From an uncultured virus (IMG/VR IMGVR_UViG_3300025070_000012) (Duplodnaviria > Heunggongvirae > Uroviricota > Caudoviricetes), in IMG/VR virus record IMGVR_UViG_3300025070_000012, positions 62,001 to 119,238 of that record: a stretch of DNA of 57,238 nucleotides. One strand, given 5' to 3'. This document shows positions 37,938 through 46,624 of the stretch, piece after piece. Made by a program: the position numbers and the translations under genes. The first letter of the stretch is position 1; every line of letters begins with the position of its first letter. The notes beneath the pieces were generated by a model. That model did no database searches, was not told the origin of the DNA, and worked only from the letters and a program-made list of their open reading frames with translations.

Positions 37938-38453
37938 ATGTTTAAAAAACTAAGACTACCTTTATTTTTAACTGCAATAGCAGTTTCTGGTGTTTCTTAT
38001 GCGGCGGCTGAAGACACACCAATCAACGGAACAGTACAGTCTCGTTGTATAATCCAGACAGATACGGCGGGTACTTACGCTAACCCTAATGCCTACACAT
38101 TGACAACTTCGTCAAATGATGGTGGTGAAGATGCACGTATTCGTGTGGACGTATCACTCGCTGATGCATATTACGTAGAAATTACGCCACCAACTGAATT
38201 CAGTTCATCCCCAAATCTACCAGACGTAGTAACTTGGACTGGTGATACTGAAGTAGATGCAATGTCTGATGCCACAGGTATGGGATCGTACGAAACAAAC
38301 AAGGTAGAACTTGGAATGACAGATCGTTATGATCTGACTGCAACTGGATCTACATGGTTTGAGACTTCATCTGTTGCGACTATGGGTGGATCTAAAGCAT
38401 TTCCAGGCGGTAACTATACTGCGCTTGTAACTGCTGAGTGCATTGCCCAATGA
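37938..38453 (+). CDS. Exported pilin / fimbrial-subunit-like protein
   Basis: Signal peptide; N-terminal strand INGTVQSRC; T/S/G-rich beta content; C-terminal GGNYTALVTAEC recalls the G-x-Y plus alternating last strand of chaperone-usher (Csu/SCPU-like) pilins. Confidence 0.5.
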   Translation: MFKKLRLPLFLTAIAVSGVSYAAAEDTPINGTVQSRCIIQTDTAGTYANPNAYTLTTSSNDGGEDARIRVDVSLADAYYVEITPPTEFSSSPNLPDVVTWTGDTEVDAMSDATGMGSYETNKVELGMTDRYDLTATGSTWFETSSVATMGGSKAFPGGNYTALVTAECIAQ

Positions 38454-38542
38454 AAGGGAGGATCTAGCGGAACCCCTTCTTCCCCTTCTCCAACATGTAG
38501 AAGATTAGGTGGATGTCCGTGATGATACTTAAGAAAGAGATT

Positions 38543-38935
38543 ATGAAAAAAACATTATACATTTTATTGGCACTGGTTTTTACAACCAGTGTCAATGCAC
38601 ACGAAATGGTGCCAACATATCCTAAGTTTAAACCATCTTTCATGGACGGGCTTTATGCTACCACCATGACGATGTTTAATAAACGTAGTGATGTGGAATA
38701 TTATGAGGTGGGTGTTTTTGATGGAGATTGGCAACCAATCCCATTTGTATCTAAATATAAGGTATATAAGATACCATATTTAACAAGTGCGACAATAGAA
38801 ATTTATATACAACGAGGGGATGTAAAAAGAGTTGTGTACATTTGTTCGAAGTCTAAACTGAGGAAAGAAAATCTGAAACGAACTGCAATTAAGTCTAGGA
38901 TTTGTTCCAAGGTCAAAGAGAGAAGGCTATATTAA
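38543..38935 (+). CDS. Exported Ig-fold / pilus-chaperone-like protein
   Basis: Signal peptide ending VNA; HEMVPTYP...TMTMFNKRSDVEYYEVGVFD...YICS...RICS recalls the N-terminal domain of PapD-like chaperones. Confidence 0.4.
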   Translation: MKKTLYILLALVFTTSVNAHEMVPTYPKFKPSFMDGLYATTMTMFNKRSDVEYYEVGVFDGDWQPIPFVSKYKVYKIPYLTSATIEIYIQRGDVKRVVYICSKSKLRKENLKRTAIKSRICSKVKERRLY

Positions 38936-39376
38936 ATGAAACGGTTTATTATGAGTGCATTAATGATTATGTTTATTTCATCAACTGCACAATCAGAAAC
39001 AAGTGGCATCAACCTTGCGATTCCCAACTCAGGGGGTTCCTATGGACAAGACAGTATCAGAACTCCTGATGGTTTGGATTGTAAGAACTCAATAGGCGGT
39101 TCTACTAATTTAGAATTTGGCGTGACTGGTATTATAGATAACTATGAAAGTCCATTTGGCAGCAACGGTGCGGATGGGTTTAAGAGTTCGAGAGACGTGG
39201 GTGTGTATGCAAGGATAACAATACCTCTCGACAAACCAAAACAGAGAATCAACTGCAATTCATTATATGAATTAGAGTTGAGGAAAAAAAGATTAGAAGT
39301 TTTAAAGTTACAAGCAGAATTAGATGCACTACGCAAATTAAACAATGGCGGAGGCATAGAGTTCGAAACGGACTAG
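38936..39376 (+). CDS. Exported protein with two amphipathic beta strands, Cys pair and C-terminal coiled coil
   Basis: Signal peptide; LDCKNSIG...LEFGVTGII...DVGVYARITIPL...RINCNSLYELELRKKRLE. Confidence 0.65.
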   Translation: MKRFIMSALMIMFISSTAQSETSGINLAIPNSGGSYGQDSIRTPDGLDCKNSIGGSTNLEFGVTGIIDNYESPFGSNGADGFKSSRDVGVYARITIPLDKPKQRINCNSLYELELRKKRLEVLKLQAELDALRKLNNGGGIEFETD

Positions 39377-39384
39377 GAGAGTAA

Positions 39385-40116
39385 ATGTCAGAAGTTTGTC
39401 ACAAAATGGCCAAGTTGGCCGCTTTAGCGTACCTTGACGGTAAAGAAGCAAAACCACGTATGAAAGAACTTGGATATACTGGACACAAGTTTTTCGAAAA
39501 GGGTGGTGCACAATGCCACGCAATTTGGAATAAAAACGAATATGTACTCGCATTTAGAGGAACAGAACCCTCAGAACTTTCAGATGTTCTTGCAGATCTT
39601 AATGCGATTCCACGTGGCGCAATGACTCACGGTTTAGTCCACTCAGGTTTTAGAGGAGAGACTGATAAACTCTGGAATCCAATCATGAAACATTGGGGCG
39701 GAGATAACGGTAAGACTAAAGGACACCAAGGTAAAAAGATCTATATTACTGGTCACTCACTTGGTGCAGCAATGGCAACGATTGCGACTTCTCGTTTAGA
39801 GGAAGCAGTAAAGGTAGAACAGTTAACAACTTTCGGTTCACCCAGAGTTGGTACACGTAAATTCGTTAAACACATCTCAACTCCACACATGAGATATGTA
39901 AACAATAACGACATTGTAACAAAAGTTCCATTGTTTATTATGGGATACAAACACCACGGTAAGTTACAGTATATAAACTTTTATGGTAATATCCGTAAGT
40001 TAACTACGTGGCAGATGATCAAAGATAAGTGGAGAGGATGGAAATCAGGAATACTCGACGGTGCAAAAGATCACGGCATGGATAACTATGTCGCCGCAAC
40101 GAAGGGTTTAGTGTAA
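39385..40116 (+). CDS. Class 3 lipase (alpha/beta hydrolase)
   Basis: LAFRGT, VHSGF, nucleophile elbow ITGHSLGAA, TFGSPRVG, NNNDIV (Asp), DHGM (His). Confidence 0.92.
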   Translation: MSEVCHKMAKLAALAYLDGKEAKPRMKELGYTGHKFFEKGGAQCHAIWNKNEYVLAFRGTEPSELSDVLADLNAIPRGAMTHGLVHSGFRGETDKLWNPIMKHWGGDNGKTKGHQGKKIYITGHSLGAAMATIATSRLEEAVKVEQLTTFGSPRVGTRKFVKHISTPHMRYVNNNDIVTKVPLFIMGYKHHGKLQYINFYGNIRKLTTWQMIKDKWRGWKSGILDGAKDHGMDNYVAATKGLV

Positions 40117-40418
40117 TGTGGGATATGATTACACAGATGACAGGGGATCGACTATGGATCTATACTGCAATAGCAGGATCAATTATTGGTCTTGCATTTT
40201 CAACTTGGTTCTCAACGACACGTATGGCGTTGTGGTTGTATGCGAAGTTTGATAATGCAATGGACTTCTTAGTAGAACGTTGGGGTTGGACTTGGTTAGA
40301 ACAACCAGAAGACGCTTGGAGAAAGAAGTATCCAAAGATCACTAAGAAGATCGATGATATTGAAAAACGTTTAGATGCGGTTGAGTCTAAAAAAAGAAAG
40401 ACTACAAAGGGAAAATAA
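40116..40418 (+). CDS. Small membrane protein with a basic C-terminus (holin-like candidate)
   Basis: TM segment LWIYTAIAGSIIGLAF; ends KKRKTTKGK; TAATG-coupled to the lipase. Confidence 0.5.
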   Translation: MWDMITQMTGDRLWIYTAIAGSIIGLAFSTWFSTTRMALWLYAKFDNAMDFLVERWGWTWLEQPEDAWRKKYPKITKKIDDIEKRLDAVESKKRKTTKGK

Positions 40419-41027
40419 ATGGCTGAAAAAGACTTAGGTGACGGTCTTGAAGCATTTGAGAATGAGGTTGAAGAATTAAAGAATAAGAAGATGAAAATCT
40501 TCGGTATTACAATGACCCCTACTACTATCGGGGCATTGTTCGCACTACTTGGTGCGATAGGTGGTTCGTTATACGGTGCATTTGAAGTATATAAAGATTA
40601 TACTGACATGAAAGAGATCGTACAGAACATAGATGTAGACGCAATTGCGGCTGAGAACGAAAAGGTCATCCTTAAGATGGATGAGAACCTAGTTCGTATC
40701 GAAGAAGCAATTTCATACACACGTGACATTAAACAAGGGTTGCGTGATGATATTCTGGGCATTGAAAAAACTGTCGACAGAATTGAGGACAAACTCAGAG
40801 AACAAGAAAACGAAGTAAGAGAAATCATTCAGAACGCAGAAGAACGTTTTGAAAACAAAAGGGATGCTCTTCAGAACGATTATGATGAAAAGGCCAATGC
40901 GCTTCGTTCATCTAACGATCAGCGTATGACTGACTTAGAGAACAAAGTAGAACGTGATCTGTCGACATTAGAAACTGACATTACTAACAAGTTACAGAGG
41001 GCACTAGACAACCCATTGGCTAACTAG
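40419..41027 (+). CDS. Membrane-anchored long coiled-coil protein
   Basis: TM IGALFALLGAIGGSLYGAF followed by about 140 aa of heptad-rich sequence; ends LQRALDNPLAN. Confidence 0.65.
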   Translation: MAEKDLGDGLEAFENEVEELKNKKMKIFGITMTPTTIGALFALLGAIGGSLYGAFEVYKDYTDMKEIVQNIDVDAIAAENEKVILKMDENLVRIEEAISYTRDIKQGLRDDILGIEKTVDRIEDKLREQENEVREIIQNAEERFENKRDALQNDYDEKANALRSSNDQRMTDLENKVERDLSTLETDITNKLQRALDNPLAN

Positions 41028-41037
41028 TGATATTAGA

Positions 41038-41196
41038 ATGAAAAAGATAGAAATATGCAACTTTGAGACAACACCAGAACAATTAGAAAAAGAGGGCAGA
41101 ATATTCATCCCACATAAGGGATATACATTCAAGCCCCCTTTAACTAAGAAAGAGAAGTTGTGGATAGAGTTTAGAAGTGGTCAGAGAGTAACTTGA
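41038..41196 (+). CDS. Possible small hypothetical protein (52 aa)
   Basis: MKKIEICNFETTPEQLEKEGRIFIPHKGYTFKPPL...; fills the gap before the convergent gene. Confidence 0.35.
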   Translation: MKKIEICNFETTPEQLEKEGRIFIPHKGYTFKPPLTKKEKLWIEFRSGQRVT

Positions 41197-41810
41197 GCGT
41201 TACTTCTACCGACATCTCCCCTTACCCATACGTTAAATGCAATACAAAAACGCATATCTTTTGATCTAGATGGTGTCACCATATGATACGTCTTGGATGG
41301 GAAGATAATAATATCTCCTTCGCCTGGCGTTGTCGCAATTGAGTCTTGGTTTAGTGGAGAGTCTTCTTCATAATCAAATGAAAATATATTATTGTTCCAG
41401 TTTTGTTGATTAACAAAAATCAAGTCTCCAGATTGCGGATCGCATTGTAGATAGAGAATACCAGAGAAGAGACTGTTAGAATGCCAGTGCATTCCAGCCA
41501 AGTCACCCTCTTTGTGTTTCATCACCCAACTGTTGGTTATCTCAAAGGTTTGAGACTTTTTAAATTTCATATGGTTGTAACCGAAATTATCCATCTGTTG
41601 TTGGATGAGAGGTTTTACAGGTGCAAGATCTTCATCCAAAATATAATTACTTGGACTTGACCACCCATCATCACTGGGCAATCTACGGAACTCCATATCT
41701 CTTAAGATAGGATTGATAATAGTCTTATCAAGATTTAAAGTTTCTCTATACAGTGGTGTAGGGAACGCACGATAAATGTGTCCGCCTATTTTAGGTTGTT
41801 GTTGAGACAT
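41181..41810 (-). CDS. 2OG-Fe(II) oxygenase-like protein (TIGR02466-type)
   Basis: FPTPLY, SWVMKH, HWHSNSLFSGILYL, IIIFPSKTYHMV, RFCIAFN. Confidence 0.85.
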   Translation of the reverse strand: MSQQQPKIGGHIYRAFPTPLYRETLNLDKTIINPILRDMEFRRLPSDDGWSSPSNYILDEDLAPVKPLIQQQMDNFGYNHMKFKKSQTFEITNSWVMKHKEGDLAGMHWHSNSLFSGILYLQCDPQSGDLIFVNQQNWNNNIFSFDYEEDSPLNQDSIATTPGEGDIIIFPSKTYHMVTPSRSKDMRFCIAFNVWVRGDVGRSNAQVTL

Positions 41811-42074
41811 CTACTTCCTTTCTACAGGTGTCCATCCATGAGAGTTAAGGGATCCAACCATTGCATGGTTGTTGTATTCATTGACTGCGTATATCATGCA
41901 CGCCCGTACACGCCCGTCTTGCGCTAGAGTGTTCTCTGCAGTCTCATATGCAATATCAAAAGAAGGTAACTCAGGCCTCGCCTGAGACCCTCTCTGAGGA
42001 GTAAAGGCAACTACTGAATAAGATACTGCATTATCAATGATAGATTGTTCCCATTCATCAACGTCATGCATCAA
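41811..42074 (-). CDS. Hypothetical protein
   Basis: 87 aa, coupled within the operon. Confidence 0.6.
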   Translation of the reverse strand: MMHDVDEWEQSIIDNAVSYSVVAFTPQRGSQARPELPSFDIAYETAENTLAQDGRVRACMIYAVNEYNNHAMVGSLNSHGWTPVERK

Positions 42075-42255
42075 CTAACTCCACGTAATCGCCAAAGTGT
42101 TCTTCGAAGACTTCACAAAGATGACCATAGTCACCTGATTGCATATCTTCTATAATCGGTTCTGCATCAATCCCAAGATTGTCTGAGAGTGTCTGAGCGT
42201 AACCCATGAGATAGAATGCATTGCCCTGTGGGCCTTTTAGATCTACAGTAATCAT
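42064..42255 (-). CDS. Small phage protein (DLKGPQGNAFYLMG)
   Basis: 63 aa; GNAF...MQSGDY pattern recognisable from phage hypotheticals. Confidence 0.7.
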   Translation of the reverse strand: MITVDLKGPQGNAFYLMGYAQTLSDNLGIDAEPIIEDMQSGDYGHLCEVFEEHFGDYVELVDA

Positions 42256-42530
42256 TAGTCGTATACCACCTGTGTCATATAATCAATTTTATCAAACGCT
42301 GCTTCAAGTGCTGCAATGCGTTCACGACATTTCATCTTTGCGAAACCATTGCCTGGCGTCCAGTTGCCAGGCGAGTTCTTTTTCTTACGTTCCAGTGTCT
42401 TTAACATGTTACTGAAAAACTCATACTCTTTTTGCATTTGCGCAATTTCATCCGTAGGTTCTTTGGCTACTACACCGTTTCCAATGTAGATGCCTGTATT
42501 CCAATCGGGTTTTACTTGAGGTATTTTCAT
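42255..42530 (-). CDS. Hypothetical protein
   Basis: 91 aa; AAGGAG RBS. Confidence 0.6.
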   Translation of the reverse strand: MKIPQVKPDWNTGIYIGNGVVAKEPTDEIAQMQKEYEFFSNMLKTLERKKKNSPGNWTPGNGFAKMKCRERIAALEAAFDKIDYMTQVVYD

Positions 42531-42541
42531 TTCAGTTCTCC

Positions 42542-42880
42542 TTAAACTAAGTAATCAGGGCCAGTCCAGTTTACATGATACTCATCATTGAAGATGTTAC
42601 CACGTGCAGCGTTACGAGTGGGTGTCGCCCAACCTGCTGCTTTCAGAATATCACCGAACTGAAACTTCTTATCGTTTTCAGTGTTCACGATGAAACCCCA
42701 AACTGAACGGTTTGAAATAATCTTTGTGTACTTACGACCTTGTTTGATCTCAAGACCATTGTTGAATTCTTCGATCATTTTAAGGGCGTGAGGAGACATT
42801 TCTTCGCCTCTACGTGTATGCCACGCAAGGTAGTCTTCTTTGATTTTTTCGATCAGGACGTTCATTGCATTGTTTTTCAT
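42542..42880 (-). CDS. Hypothetical early phage protein
   Basis: GRKYTKI...SVWGFIV...GDILKAAGWATP...RGNIF...WTGP; directly behind a promoter. Confidence 0.75.
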   Translation of the reverse strand: MKNNAMNVLIEKIKEDYLAWHTRRGEEMSPHALKMIEEFNNGLEIKQGRKYTKIISNRSVWGFIVNTENDKKFQFGDILKAAGWATPTRNAARGNIFNDEYHVNWTGPDYLV

Positions 42881-42915
42881 ATCAAACTCTCTTTCTTTTC
42901 TCAACTTACACTATT

Positions 42916-42947
42916 AATATAATGCTTATTGAAGCAAAAGGCAAGCC
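42916..42947 (-). promoter_or_regulatory. Early sigma70-type promoter (variant -35)
   Basis: GGCTTGCCT-17 bp-TATATT, same downstream leader (AGTGTAAGTTGAGAAA) as other copies. Confidence 0.65.
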
Positions 42948-42963
42948 TTTTTTTGAAAAAAAA

Positions 42964-43257
42964 TCAACTTTTTTGATAATATTTCTTGTAGATGTCCACA
43001 ATACGGCCAAGTTCTGGGTGTTTGTGAATCCATTGTCCTGTAGATGGATCGAACTCTTTCTTGAACCACGCATCCATCTTTTCGTTACCTGTCTCTATGG
43101 ACGGATCAACCTTTAGACACATTGCATCAAATTCGTGATCTGGTATCAGAGTTTCGTTCGCAATCTCGTAAGCGTACGCATACACGCACAGGCGTATGCG
43201 CAGGCGTATTTGTTCAGATATGATCTGTGGATCATCTTCTAAGAAGTCTTCAAGCAA
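42964..43257 (-). CDS. Stand-alone NAD-dependent DNA ligase domain Ia-like protein
   Basis: YAYAYE...LIPDHEFDAMC resembles the LigA Ia YY...ISDxEYD motif; start uncertain. Confidence 0.55.
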   Translation of the reverse strand: MLEDFLEDDPQIISEQIRLRIRLCVYAYAYEIANETLIPDHEFDAMCLKVDPSIETGNEKMDAWFKKEFDPSTGQWIHKHPELGRIVDIYKKYYQKS

Positions 43258-43471
43258 TAAACCACCTGTATATACCCATTGCATCAATCAGAATAAAACA
43301 AGTATTCTGTGTTGCGAGAGCTGCATCTTTTTGTCTAAACCAGAAGTAATAACTCAGTACTATGTGACCAGTAAGGAAAACAAAGAAACCATAACGAGAC
43401 CATTCGATGTTAGCTGACAACAGAATTGCGGCCGATAGAAAACATACCGTACCAAACCACTTGTATATCAT
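43250..43471 (-). CDS. Small multi-pass membrane protein
   Basis: 73 aa, two to three hydrophobic segments, ends GIYRWF. Confidence 0.65.
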   Translation of the reverse strand: MIYKWFGTVCFLSAAILLSANIEWSRYGFFVFLTGHIVLSYYFWFRQKDAALATQNTCFILIDAMGIYRWFIA

Positions 43472-43662
43472 TCAGACAAGTACTCTACAACCTTCGACTG
43501 TCCTTTGTTCTGTTGCATCCAAACTGTCGCAGCCTGATAAGCACTATCAAAATCTTCATACATTTGTGGCATAGAACTTTCCATACCTGCTGCGTTTACA
43601 TAAACCCAATCTGAATCATTACCACTTGCGTAGTCATAATTAACCATCAATGCGTACTTCAT
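43468..43662 (-). CDS. Hypothetical protein
   Basis: MKYALMVNYD...; GGAG RBS. Confidence 0.55.
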   Translation of the reverse strand: MKYALMVNYDYASGNDSDWVYVNAAGMESSMPQMYEDFDSAYQAATVWMQQNKGQSKVVEYLSE

Positions 43663-44065
43663 AAAACTCTCCGTTAGCAATTTTGTAATATTGAACTTCC
43701 CCTGCACAACGCAGGTAGTCACGACCACCGTCAATCATGTTTCCATTATCAAACGACTTGTAGTCATGACGATTAGATGAATAGACTAAGTCGCCATCAT
43801 CATTCTCTACCATACCAATCATATAGTCTTCAACCTGATCTGCGTTGCAAATGTAAGTATTAGTCCCACGCTGATAAATCCCAAAGTAATGATTTCCAAA
43901 ATCTGGGTGCGCTGGGTTTTGATAAAACACATCTGCAGTAAACTGCACGTTCGCACTAGGTTGATATAAATCTGTTGTCAAAACATAAGTTACAGTCGGC
44001 CCGTTTGGATCACTGTAGTGTTCAATTACACCAGCAGTATTTGATGTGGGTTCGTGTATGATCAT
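43640..44065 (-). CDS. Hypothetical phage protein
   Basis: YSSNRHDYK...MIDGGRDYLR motif. Confidence 0.7.
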   Translation of the reverse strand: MIIHEPTSNTAGVIEHYSDPNGPTVTYVLTTDLYQPSANVQFTADVFYQNPAHPDFGNHYFGIYQRGTNTYICNADQVEDYMIGMVENDDGDLVYSSNRHDYKSFDNGNMIDGGRDYLRCAGEVQYYKIANGEFYEVRIDG

Positions 44066-44832
44066 TTCTTCTTACCCTTTGGTTTAAAAAACTCTCGTTG
44101 CGCTTTCATAAGATCTTTAACCAGATCATCTTTCTTCTTACGACTGTCGAGTTTTGTTTTGAATTGTTTGCTACCTATATGTATTAGTTGTGGTTTAGTG
44201 AGTGCTTGAAACTCTGCAGTCTTATACTTCTTGACAACTTTCTTTTTTCTAGGTTTCCGTTTAGGTTTCTCCATGAATGCATCTAAGGTACTCTCTGCCG
44301 CCTTCGCTGCCTTTACTTCTGCCTTGGTACGTCTTTTACGTGTCTTAACAGTTCTAACATCTTTCGGCGGTTCTTCTTCCATGATGCGTTTCATCGCCAG
44401 ATCTCTTTGGATCTTTTCTTCTTCTGCGAGTTTCTTTCTTATCTCTTCTGCAGCTGCACGTTCAATCGCCATCTTTTTTTCCATACGCAATGAACGTGCT
44501 CTTTGATTCGCTTTTTCTTTCTTCCATTTCTTTTCCAGATCGTCCCACATTTTCTTTGAGACTTTCTTTCGACGAGTAGAGAGTCCTGCTTTCTCTTGTC
44601 CACGTTTCCACAGATTAATATGACTTTCCCATATCTTCTCTGTGTCATTATATTTACAATCATATAGAACACTCCAGTTCCAAGACAGATTAGAATGAGT
44701 AAGGATGTTCCTTCCATTCTTCAATGGTACTGTAAGAGCATATAGCGCCCCACCTGAGTGTTCTAATACTTCGTCAATTAGATTGATATCAAACTTTTCT
44801 CTGACATCATTCTGGGCTGTTCTGTACGCCAT
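44062..44832 (-). CDS. Highly basic protein with a possible Rho-N/HeH-like C-terminus
   Basis: K/R-rich; RKRRTKAEV; LTKPQLIHIG...KKKDDLVKDL. Confidence 0.6.
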   Translation of the reverse strand: MAYRTAQNDVREKFDINLIDEVLEHSGGALYALTVPLKNGRNILTHSNLSWNWSVLYDCKYNDTEKIWESHINLWKRGQEKAGLSTRRKKVSKKMWDDLEKKWKKEKANQRARSLRMEKKMAIERAAAEEIRKKLAEEEKIQRDLAMKRIMEEEPPKDVRTVKTRKRRTKAEVKAAKAAESTLDAFMEKPKRKPRKKKVVKKYKTAEFQALTKPQLIHIGSKQFKTKLDSRKKKDDLVKDLMKAQREFFKPKGKKK

Positions 44833-45538
44833 GTTTTAGTTTCCTCACATCATGAATGGGTGTCCATCCTAGATCTTGCAGATTGTGAATATCTGCACAA
44901 GTGTATTCTCTTTCATTTGGTGTGTTCAATTTTACTGGTAATGAACTGGGCGCTAGATCCGAAACCTTTACTGGATCTCCTGTACCTATATCTGTATATC
45001 CACCTATGGGATGTTCCATCAACAACTGGATTGCATCACAGAGATCCTCTAAATGAATAAAGTCACGTCTGTGAGTAGTAACGTATTCTAACTCATCATC
45101 CAGCAACTTTTGTAAGAACATTCCCTTACGTGGTTTATCTGAATATACAGTATGGAATCGCATTCCTAATGTGTTGGGGTGTCTTTGTGCCGACTCTTCC
45201 ATAATATACTTACTCGCAGCATATGGATTCAAGTCTGGTTCGTATATACTAGAAGAACTCGCATATAGAATTCTGGTACGAGGATAACGTTCGAATAACC
45301 TTTTAGATACTTCAACATTATTACGCCAGTATCCCGCTGGATCTTTCATACTATCACGCACACCACTTAGGCCTGCGAGATGAATAATCTGATCAGGGGG
45401 ATCTTTTGGTAGAGGACAGTCAAAGAGATCTTGACCACTTTTAATATCGTAGCCTTCAACATCCATACCTTCATCTACCAATCGATCATATAGGTAACTA
45501 CCTATAAAACCTCTGTGACCTGTTAACATAACACGCAT
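44807..45538 (-). CDS. NAD-dependent epimerase/dehydratase (SDR family)
   Basis: TGHRGFIGS, HLAG, YASSSS, YAASK, RDFIH. Confidence 0.9.
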   Translation of the reverse strand: MRVMLTGHRGFIGSYLYDRLVDEGMDVEGYDIKSGQDLFDCPLPKDPPDQIIHLAGLSGVRDSMKDPAGYWRNNVEVSKRLFERYPRTRILYASSSSIYEPDLNPYAASKYIMEESAQRHPNTLGMRFHTVYSDKPRKGMFLQKLLDDELEYVTTHRRDFIHLEDLCDAIQLLMEHPIGGYTDIGTGDPVKVSDLAPSSLPVKLNTPNEREYTCADIHNLQDLGWTPIHDVRKLKHGVQNSPE

Positions 45539-45555
45539 ATTTTATCCTTTCGAGG

Positions 45556-45575
45556 AAAAGGGGGGAAATCCCCCC
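45556..45575 (-). terminator. Intrinsic terminator after the DUF932 gene
   Basis: Minus strand GGGGGG-ATTT-CCCCCC-TTTT. Confidence 0.7.
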
Positions 45576-45579
45576 AACC

Positions 45580-46536
45580 TTATGCAGATTCTGCGTATTC
45601 TAATGCAGTGTTTAAGGCATCAACTTTACGTTTTGCGTTAACACCAAACCATGCAGAAGTCATACGAGTGTCTGCAGAACGACCAAGTTCGTGGTCAGTC
45701 ATGTAAGTCACTGCATTGTATGCATTCCACCATGAGCCAGGCTTGAACTCATTTCCAGGCTGTGTCTCGACAATCTCAAGTGCACGTTCTGCAGTACGAG
45801 AAAGATCTTTACCTTCCTTTGCAGACGTACCGAATACATCACCAAGGAACTTCTGAAGATCGAACTTGTTGTAGTTCTTTGAACCAAGAAACTCTGCAGC
45901 TTCTTTGAAACGTTCTACACGATTGTGTCCGATACCAAGAGTCTGTTTTACCATATCTGCATTGAACTGCGAACGGTGATTGATACGAACGCCAGGCATA
46001 CCCTTTTCGTTCAGTGCCACAGTCAGTGTGTTATTGCAGACAACACGTTCCATTACGAACTTGATGTCGATTGCTTTACCGTACTGGTGTGGGTTTGAGA
46101 ACAGAAGGTAACCTTTTACTTCGTCACCACCAAACAGTTCAAAACCATCACGTACATCTGCAAGTGCCCAGACGATCTGACCGCCTTTAAGTGAACCTGC
46201 AGTGTCCATGATCATGTCACCGTTAGATACAAACTCTGTGAAGAATTCGAACGCTTCTGCGTTCTGTACTGGATTCCATCCTTCACCTACTTGTGTGAGG
46301 ATCTTACCATCTGTAGAACGAACAAGTGCTTGTTGTCCTGTTTTTACATTGTCACCTTTGTAACGAATAAAGGTATCAACTTTCTCAACGTCCCAGTCGA
46401 GACCAGCTGCTTCCATCATCATCTGTGGTGACATAAAATCATGTACTGGTGTACCTAGTCCATGCCAAGGAAGACCCTTGCTCTCACGGTAGGCCATTTG
46501 TGCTTCACCACCAACGATTTCTAGTTCATGTGCCAT
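45580..46536 (-). CDS. DUF932 / LGT_TIGR03299-family protein
   Basis: MAHE...PWHGLG...AGLDWDV...VQNAEAFEF...TAGSLKGG...RVVCNNTL...WNAYNAVT. Confidence 0.88.
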   Translation of the reverse strand: MAHELEIVGGEAQMAYRESKGLPWHGLGTPVHDFMSPQMMMEAAGLDWDVEKVDTFIRYKGDNVKTGQQALVRSTDGKILTQVGEGWNPVQNAEAFEFFTEFVSNGDMIMDTAGSLKGGQIVWALADVRDGFELFGGDEVKGYLLFSNPHQYGKAIDIKFVMERVVCNNTLTVALNEKGMPGVRINHRSQFNADMVKQTLGIGHNRVERFKEAAEFLGSKNYNKFDLQKFLGDVFGTSAKEGKDLSRTAERALEIVETQPGNEFKPGSWWNAYNAVTYMTDHELGRSADTRMTSAWFGVNAKRKVDALNTALEYAESA

Positions 46537-46580
46537 TTGTATTTCTCCTTTACGAGAGGTTAAACTCAATTTATACACAC

Positions 46581-46611
46581 AGTATAAACGTTTTAAAAAC
46601 AAATGTCAAGC
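46581..46611 (-). promoter_or_regulatory. Early sigma70-type promoter
   Basis: GCTTGACA-17 bp-TATACT. Confidence 0.75.
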
Positions 46612-46624
46612 ACTTTTTTTGATT

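Noticed and set aside
38451..38540. Riboswitch or ncRNA between the pilin-like and chaperone-like genes
   Set aside because: Only an imperfect purine/pyrimidine stem (GAAAGGGAGG...CCCCTTCTTC) is visible. It may stabilise or attenuate the mRNA but matches no family I can support.
36488..39376. Curli (csgA/B/F/G) operon
   Set aside because: No curlin Q/N-x-G repeats and no CsgG-like lipoprotein recognisable; the resemblance is only conceptual.
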